From positions 570,001 through 602,000 of the forward strand of contig NZ_DS995298.1 of the NCBI RefSeq assembly GCF_000155895.1: 32,000 bases of DNA, written 5' to 3'. Shown here in pieces: positions 26,685 to 32,000 of this stretch. Position numbers and translations under genes: made by a program. Each line of letters opens with the position of its first letter. Position 1 is the stretch's first letter. This DNA comes from Candidatus Pelagibacter sp. HTCC7211 (GTDB lineage Bacteria; Pseudomonadota; Alphaproteobacteria; Pelagibacterales; Pelagibacteraceae). Below the pieces are notes generated by a model, which was not told where the DNA came from, made no database searches, and worked only from the letters and a program-made list of their open reading frames with translations.

Positions 26685-27681
26685 TATTTAATACTGTTAA
26701 AAATCTTTTAAAAAATAAGTCTTTTTCCCTGTTATAATCTTTATCTCCCATCCAATAATTATTACCATAAACTTGCTTTGCATTCTCGTAATGATTTAAT
26801 AAAGTTTTTCTTCTTTGATTTTTAGTCGAGCCTAGAGATGCAACTATCTTTCCTTTCCAAGGATGGCTACTTCCAATGATATTTTCATTCCTGTTGAATA
26901 ACTTTTCAATATAATGTGGTCCAACTAATGCTTCTAGTTTATTTTCGTTACACATCCTATGACTAACAGTTAAATTCCATTCTTCATCATGCTGCAATAA
27001 ATCTCTAGGTATTAAATGTTCTACAGGAGGGGTTTCATTTTCAAGTAATTCTAAACCACATAGAAAGCATATATTTGATTGATATGCTCTTAAAAAATCT
27101 CTTTGATCTGAAAGATCTTTCCTGTCATGACCGTTTGTTAGATATATATTTCGAATATCATTTTCTAATTTAAAATTGTCTCTCTTGATTAAGTAAGCAC
27201 CCTCAAGCATACTATGTTTCATTTCTGCTTCTTTTTCTAGACTAATCATTTGGTTTTTTGGAATTTCAAAAAAATTATCTTTCAATATTATTTTTTTACC
27301 AAATTGATATTCATAAAAATAATTCTTAAGTGTTTCTTTATCCTTACCAAATGACTGAAATCTTGGAATTACATCATTAAAGCCATCTTTACCTATTTCA
27401 CTTATTGCTTGATCATAGTTAATTCTATTATTTTTTAATTTATAAAACACTGTCTCTTGGACAGATCTTCTAAAAGGATTGCTTTGTTGAGGTCTTGGAT
27501 CATTTGTCAATCTATCAAAATAAATTTTAAAATATTGTTCTGATAAATCTTGCCAGGAAATAGTATGTTGATCATTGTTATAAAAATGATTTAAGGTTTT
27601 AAACAGAGCAATTTTATGAGTACCTGCATTTAATCCATATAATAATATGGCTTGAGCCCAGTCATAGTTTGTAAATTTCAT
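26674..27681 (-). CDS. HNH (His-Me finger) nuclease-domain protein with an uncharacterised N-terminal region of about 200 aa
   Basis: 335 aa. Residues 205-248 read CFLCGLELLENETPPVEHLIPRDLLQHDEEWNLTVSHRMCNENK, which fits the pattern CxxC ... EHxxP ... WN ... CNxxK (nt 26938-27069). I recognise no motif in residues 1-200 or 250-335. Confidence 0.75.
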   Translation of the reverse strand: MKFTNYDWAQAILLYGLNAGTHKIALFKTLNHFYNNDQHTISWQDLSEQYFKIYFDRLTNDPRPQQSNPFRRSVQETVFYKLKNNRINYDQAISEIGKDGFNDVIPRFQSFGKDKETLKNYFYEYQFGKKIILKDNFFEIPKNQMISLEKEAEMKHSMLEGAYLIKRDNFKLENDIRNIYLTNGHDRKDLSDQRDFLRAYQSNICFLCGLELLENETPPVEHLIPRDLLQHDEEWNLTVSHRMCNENKLEALVGPHYIEKLFNRNENIIGSSHPWKGKIVASLGSTKNQRRKTLLNHYENAKQVYGNNYWMGDKDYNREKDLFFKRFLTVLNNGK

Positions 27682-27683
27682 TA

Positions 27684-27857
27684 TTAATGAAGTACTCTAT
27701 CAAGTACCTCAATTTTAATATGCTGATAATCATCCTGGATATCAAATTCTATTGCCATGTCATCATCAGGATCTAACGTTTTACGAACTAAATTAACGTA
27801 TTGATCAATTCTTTTATAAGAAATTTTGCCTCTAAATATTTTTTCAAATCTTTTCAC
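27684..27857 (-). CDS. Possible 57-aa ORF (GTG start) wedged between the DUF1330 and HNH genes
   Basis: Hand translation gives VKRFEKIFRGKISYKRIDQYVNLVRKTLDPDDDMAIEFDIQDDYQHIKIEVLDRVLH. It starts 6 nt after the DUF1330 stop, and its TAA ends 2 nt before the HNH ATG. It is not in the ORF track, and I recognise no homology. Confidence 0.3.
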   Translation of the reverse strand: MKRFEKIFRGKISYKRIDQYVNLVRKTLDPDDDMAIEFDIQDDYQHIKIEVLDRVLH

Positions 27858-27863
27858 TGAGTT

Positions 27864-28151
27864 TTAATTCCCCTCAACTAAAACTAGATGAGCTTTGGCC
27901 GCTAATTCTCTAACCGCTTTAGCCGCTTGATATTTTTCTGACTCATAGAATTTACGAGCAGCATCAATGCTTTCAAATTCAATTAATATAACAGTACCTA
28001 AATTTTCACCTTCTCTTACGTCAGGACTGGGTTCACGAACAAGAACTTTGCCACCGTGCTCTCCAATAGTTGGTCCAGACATTTGTTTAAACTTTTCCAT
28101 ACCTTCTTTATCGTGTACTTTAAGATGTGCTATCAAATATCCTTTGCTCAT
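27864..28151 (-). CDS. DUF1330 family protein
   Basis: 95 aa. ...GYLIAHLKVHDKEGMEKFKQ...HGGKVLVRE...VILIEFESIDAARKFYESEKYQAAKAVRE...LVLVEG follows the DUF1330 consensus as I recall it. It is preceded by AAGGAG 8 nt upstream of the ATG. The gene looks G+C-richer than its neighbours by eye. Confidence 0.75.
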   Translation of the reverse strand: MSKGYLIAHLKVHDKEGMEKFKQMSGPTIGEHGGKVLVREPSPDVREGENLGTVILIEFESIDAARKFYESEKYQAAKAVRELAAKAHLVLVEGN

Positions 28152-28217
28152 AATTTTCTCCTTTATGTTTTAATGTAACAAATCCTAAACCATGAGTCTA
28201 TTTGCTTTAAAATAGCT

Positions 28218-28257
28218 GTTTGATTTATCTTTTTTGTGTCGAGTGTGTGATCGAGTT
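28218..28257 (-). promoter_or_regulatory. Roughly 40-bp GTGTCGAGT-repeat element, copy 2, upstream of the DUF1330-HNH-HIT cassette
   Basis: GTTTGATTTATCTTTTTTGTGTCGAGTGTGTGATCGAGTT is homologous to 26221-26259 in the same orientation. It lies 66 nt upstream of the DUF1330 ATG. Confidence 0.45.
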
Positions 28258-28364
28258 TTTTAATTAAATTGATGAGTCTTTAAGAGATTTATTTCAAACT
28301 AACTTTTTAATATCCGCATTTGTACTGTAGAATAATGCAGCTTAATGCAGGATAGATTGAACCT

Positions 28365-28433
28365 CTAATCCCCCAAATAATCGCCAGCTTCCTGTATCAT
28401 TTTCCACAGTTTACTTGCGTCCTCTTTGTTCAT
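28365..28433 (-). pseudogene. 22-codon stub duplicating the 5' end of the 75-aa gene (ATG start, premature TAG)
   Basis: The reverse complement reads ATG AAC AAA GAG GAC GCA AGT AAA CTG TGG AAA ATG ATA CAG GAA GCT GGC GAT TAT TTG GGG GAT TAG, giving MNKEDASKLWKMIQEAGDYLGD*. This compares with MNKENANKLWKIIQEAGDYLRG... for the full gene. Homology stops abruptly at 28373/28374. Confidence 0.65.
28374..28433. repeat. Right copy of the 60-bp imperfect direct repeat
   Basis: See 26150-26209. Identity is 52/60 in the same orientation. Confidence 0.85.
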
Positions 28434-28466
28434 CACTTATTTAATTTTATAGTTTATAAATTTTAT

Positions 28467-28835
28467 ATGAAAAATATCTTAATTTTAATAATTATCTTTT
28501 TAAACATTAATTCTATAGCAGTAAGCAAAGGAACTACTTTCACCAATGAGATATTTGAAAAATCTCAATTAGAAGGGAAAACAGTCGTTATACACTCATG
28601 GAATAAAACTTGTTTAACTTGCGCAGAACAAGTTAAGATTTTAGACCAGGCTAAACAGGACTTTAAAGACACGATATTCTTGAGCTTTGAACAGACTAAA
28701 GATAAAAAAATTGCTAAATTTTTAGATATTGATTATTGGACAACAATAGTTGTCTATAAAAACAATAAAGAAATTTCACGTTCTATTGGTCAGACAAATA
28801 AAGAAGAGATTTACTCTCAAATTAATTCTAAGTAA
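28467..28835 (+). CDS. Secreted thioredoxin-fold protein (CxxC)
   Basis: 122 aa. It has an N-terminal signal-like hydrophobic segment. ...VVIHSWNKTCLTCAEQ... carries a W-x-x-x-C-x-x-C active-site context typical of the TlpA/thioredoxin-like fold. Confidence 0.65.
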   Translation: MKNILILIIIFLNINSIAVSKGTTFTNEIFEKSQLEGKTVVIHSWNKTCLTCAEQVKILDQAKQDFKDTIFLSFEQTKDKKIAKFLDIDYWTTIVVYKNNKEISRSIGQTNKEEIYSQINSK

Positions 28836-28844
28836 TATAGAAAT

Positions 28845-30155
28845 TTAATAGGTTTTATTTTCTTCGACTACAGTTTCATCTATTGGTTTAATTGGTTCTT
28901 CAATAGGTTCAGTTGTAGGGTTTAGCTCCATACCTATAGGCGTAATAGTTTGTGGCATAGGAGTAAATTGAGAGTCTGGATTATCTTTTGTATCTCTAAC
29001 TTTCATTCTATATAATCCAAAAATTCCAATTATTCCGTGGAAAACAATTAAAAATACAAAATAACCGTTAGGACCTGTAGCATTCATAAATAATGAACAT
29101 AAAAAAGGTCCACTTATAGCACCTAAACCAAATGCAAATTGTAATGCAGCCCCTGCTGACACAAATTTTTCTTTTGGAATAAAATCATTTGTATGCGCAA
29201 AAATTATTGCAAACATTGGTAGACTTGCAAATGCAAATAAAATAATTGAAATATAAAACAAAGTCTTACTAGATCCAAGCACTCCGTCATAAAACATTGT
29301 GCCACTACTAAGAATTGCACAAAGAGCAAAAAATGAAGCTGCAAAAGTTGTATAAATAATTACCCGCCTACGATCAATACTATCTGAAAATTTTCCTATA
29401 GGCCATTGTGATAACGCACCTGAAATTGCAACCAAAAAAGTTACAATAGAAATTTCTAAAATTGAAAAATTCATTGATGCTGCATAAACCGGTAAAAGAG
29501 AAAATAAAGCTGACTGAGCGGTTCCATAAAAAAGAGATCCAATCATTCCTAATGGTGATACTTTGTAAAGTTCTTTTAAACTCATTCCTGTAATTCTTTT
29601 AAATGTAGGAGCTTTTTTTTTCGTCAACAATATTGGAATTAAAGCCAAAGACATGAATAAAGATATAAGTATAAAAGGTTGAAAATTTACTGGTGAACTA
29701 AAATTCAAAAAGAACATTCCAATCGCCATCGATCCATAAAGTATGATCATATAAATAGACAAAACACTTCCTCTATTTTTGTTAGAGGATCTGTCATTTA
29801 ACCAACTTTCTGCAATTGTATATATGGAAACCATACTAATACCTGTAATCACTCTAAGGACAAACCAAGTAAAAGGATTAATTAAGATTGAGTGCATAAG
29901 AACAACTATTGATGCAATGGATGCAAAAGCTGCAAACACTCTAATATGACCTACTCTAGAAATTAGATTGGTTATTGTTTTCGCTCCAATAAAATATCCA
30001 ACATAATAACCTGACAACATAAAACCTGTTGCTGTTAAACTAAAATCTTCTTTAACAGCTCTTACACCTAAAAGTGAACCTTGGTAACCATGAGCTAACA
30101 TAATTAGGCCCATACCAAGAAAAAGTGCCCAAGAGTTTTTTAATATTTTTTGCAT
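28845..30155 (-). CDS. MFS transporter with an acidic, proline-rich C-terminal tail
   Basis: 436 aa with about 12 hydrophobic helices. It has MFS-like loop motifs (...WLNDRSSNKNRGS..., ...KFSDSIDRRRV...). The last 50 or so residues are hydrophilic (…PTTEPIEEPIKPIDETVVEE…). Confidence 0.75.
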   Translation of the reverse strand: MQKILKNSWALFLGMGLIMLAHGYQGSLLGVRAVKEDFSLTATGFMLSGYYVGYFIGAKTITNLISRVGHIRVFAAFASIASIVVLMHSILINPFTWFVLRVITGISMVSIYTIAESWLNDRSSNKNRGSVLSIYMIILYGSMAIGMFFLNFSSPVNFQPFILISLFMSLALIPILLTKKKAPTFKRITGMSLKELYKVSPLGMIGSLFYGTAQSALFSLLPVYAASMNFSILEISIVTFLVAISGALSQWPIGKFSDSIDRRRVIIYTTFAASFFALCAILSSGTMFYDGVLGSSKTLFYISIILFAFASLPMFAIIFAHTNDFIPKEKFVSAGAALQFAFGLGAISGPFLCSLFMNATGPNGYFVFLIVFHGIIGIFGLYRMKVRDTKDNPDSQFTPMPQTITPIGMELNPTTEPIEEPIKPIDETVVEENKTY

Positions 30156-30198
30156 AAATTCAGCCCTATTTAGTTCGATCTATTCGTGAATCAAGTCT

Positions 30199-31074
30199 TT
30201 ATTGTGACAATCGCTTAGTATTTTTAAGCTTCAAAAACGAGTGGATGGCTATCGTCAGTATTATAACAATCCCACCTTGAATTGTCTCGATACTTGGTTG
30301 CTCATTGATAACTAGCCAGACCCAAAAAGGACCTATGATTGTTTCTAGTAAAAAGAATAGGTTTACCTCTTCAGCTGGTATAAATCTTGGTGCAATTGTT
30401 ACTAAAACAAATGGGATAGCTACACACATCACACACATTAAAGGAACAAATATTAAGTCAGTACCAACAAGAGCAAAAGTATCTACGAAAAAGAAAGCAA
30501 AAATTGCTACACATAGTTTTCCAATTACAGCAGATGGAACAAGATCTCTATTTTTGGCATATCTAGCGATGACAGCGTTACAAGCAAGACCAAAAGCGGT
30601 AATTATACCAAATAAATCACCATAAAAATTGCCCATTTCAATAGAATCGTGGAAGATATAGGTGACTGCAATTAGAGTAATAATAATAGCAATCCAAGTT
30701 TTACTGTCAGGCACTTCTTTTAAAAATATACTGCCTAATATAGCTGATAACATTGGTGCCATTGCAATCATTACTAACGTATTAGCAACATTCGTATTTT
30801 GAATAGAAATTATAAAAGTAATATTACAAATAGAAAAACTAATAACGTAAAAAATACCAGGATAACCTATGTTTATTAATGCTTTAAAGAGATTATTTTT
30901 ATAAAAAAATATAAGTCCAACAAGAACAACCACAAAAGGAATTGCACCTCTATAAAAAAGCATTCCCCAAGTTTCGATATTAGAAAGTCTAATTAAAATT
31001 GAGTCTGGAGTAATCAACATTACAGCAATAAATGCCAAAAGAGACCCTTTTTTTTGGTTTGAAAGTTTATTCAT
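30199..31074 (-). CDS. EamA/DMT-family transporter
   Basis: 291 aa with ten hydrophobic helices in a two-halves EamA architecture. Confidence 0.75.
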   Translation of the reverse strand: MNKLSNQKKGSLLAFIAVMLITPDSILIRLSNIETWGMLFYRGAIPFVVVLVGLIFFYKNNLFKALINIGYPGIFYVISFSICNITFIISIQNTNVANTLVMIAMAPMLSAILGSIFLKEVPDSKTWIAIIITLIAVTYIFHDSIEMGNFYGDLFGIITAFGLACNAVIARYAKNRDLVPSAVIGKLCVAIFAFFFVDTFALVGTDLIFVPLMCVMCVAIPFVLVTIAPRFIPAEEVNLFFLLETIIGPFWVWLVINEQPSIETIQGGIVIILTIAIHSFLKLKNTKRLSQ

Positions 31075-31083
31075 TGATAAAAT

Positions 31084-31950
31084 CTATTTTAAAGACATCA
31101 CAATATTAGCATTATTTTTAAAAACCTTAATATATCCAAGATTATAAAGATATTTTACTAAATCATATTTCCATAAATGATTAGAGGCATGTTCTAAAAT
31201 TATATTTTTGGGGTATAGATTTTTTTTACAATTTTTTAAAAATGATAAGAGAACTCTATCTTCATATCCTTCAATATCTATCTTAAGATTTGTGATATAA
31301 TTTAATTTTTCTTCTTTAACTATATCTATTAACTTTCTACAGTTAACTACAATATTTTTTTTACTTTTTTTTTTAATTATTCGTCCATTTGCCAAACCTG
31401 GAGTAAAATCAAAGTAAATTTTTTTATTTCTATCACCTAGTGCACAATTTTTAATTTTTACAATTGAAAAAATTTTAGAGATTTTCTTTTTTAATAATTT
31501 CAAGTTTCTTTTTAATCTTAAGTTATTAATTGGATTTGCATCAATCGCGATAATCTTGACTTTATTATTATTACTATAAAGTGACGCAACATTAAGTGTG
31601 AAGAGACCCATATTTGAACCAATATCAATAAAGACACTATTGTTTAAAGATTTACTTTTAATAAAATTTATTTCCTTATTTTCATTTCTTCCAAAGTAAA
31701 CTTTAATTCCGGTTAACTTATCGTTGTAAAAGTGAAGAGGTATTTTGTTAACTTTACAGACAAATCTAGAATTATCAATATTACCAATTCCAATAAAAAA
31801 ATTTATAAAATCTATTATTATTTTTCTAATTTTGCCTCTCCCTAAAAATGTTTTTTGACCCAAAAAAAGGATTATTTTAATTATAAAAATTTTAGTTTCA
31901 GAAAGCTGTATTAATTCAGTTGATTTCTTCATAGTTTTAAATCTTTCCAA
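31084..31950 (-). CDS. FkbM-family SAM-dependent methyltransferase
   Basis: ...FIDIGSNMGLFTLNVA... is the SAM-binding motif. ...ALGD... and ...IDIEGYE... are typical of the FkbM family. The true start may be the internal MKKST at 31932. Confidence 0.65.
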   Translation of the reverse strand: MERFKTMKKSTELIQLSETKIFIIKIILFLGQKTFLGRGKIRKIIIDFINFFIGIGNIDNSRFVCKVNKIPLHFYNDKLTGIKVYFGRNENKEINFIKSKSLNNSVFIDIGSNMGLFTLNVASLYSNNNKVKIIAIDANPINNLRLKRNLKLLKKKISKIFSIVKIKNCALGDRNKKIYFDFTPGLANGRIIKKKSKKNIVVNCRKLIDIVKEEKLNYITNLKIDIEGYEDRVLLSFLKNCKKNLYPKNIILEHASNHLWKYDLVKYLYNLGYIKVFKNNANIVMSLK

Positions 31951-32000
31951 AAGATCCTTGCAAGATTTATACCTGATAAATCAAATAAAGTTTTTAACCC

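Noticed and set aside
28333-28350. The short direct repeat TAATGCAG...TAATGCAG, and the surrounding 28260-28373 region, as a possible tRNA fragment or att core
   Set aside because: I could draw no cloverleaf-compatible stems or a TPsiC-like GTTCGAATC motif. Two 8-mers in AT-rich spacer are weak evidence.
26150-28433. Calling the inserted segment a defined mobile element (prophage, ICE, IS or integron cassette)
   Set aside because: I could not recognise an integrase, transposase, terminal inverted repeats, a tRNA target or an attC-like structure. Only the direct repeat and the gene stub support acquisition, so it is reported as a finding and not annotated as a mobile_element.

Overview
This is a visibly AT-rich window (roughly 30% G+C by eye, not computed) that is very densely packed with genes. 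Many starts and stops overlap by 1, 4, 8 or 11 nt. The gene content, the packing and a tandem glycine riboswitch in front of gcvT recall the SAR11/Pelagibacterales lineage. That attribution is from memory, not from a search. Content from left to right: (1) the tail of a TRAP transporter (dctM fragment, dctQ). (2) A tandem glycine riboswitch followed by gcvT-gcvH-gcvP. (3) Only 6 nt downstream, a lipid-modification cluster: FAD amine-oxidase-like, DUF1365, CFA-synthase-like methyltransferase and DUF3833 lipoprotein genes, with SDR and TspO genes nearby. (4) A DAO-family FAD oxidoreductase. (5) A 7.6 kb minus-strand block of iscU-like, HPP, fdhD, fdsB, fdsA and selO, with divergent mobA-moeA. 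(6) A plus-strand block of DMT transporter, creatinase, glycine-amidinotransferase-like and threonine aldolase genes. (7) An insertion-like segment of about 2.2 kb (26150-28433), then thioredoxin-like, MFS, DMT and FkbM-methyltransferase genes. I recognised no rRNA, tRNA, CRISPR array, transposase or integrase. The best candidate for something undescribed is the 26150-28433 segment. It is bracketed by an imperfect 60-bp direct repeat (52/60 identical) that duplicates the 5' end of a small gene and leaves a 22-codon stub. It carries a tightly coupled minus-strand cassette: DUF1330, a 57-aa ORF, a 335-aa HNH-nuclease protein and a HIT-family hydrolase. It also contains two copies of a roughly 40-bp GTGTCGAGTT-repeat element upstream of its genes. 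All family names come from motif recognition by eye, and no database search was possible.
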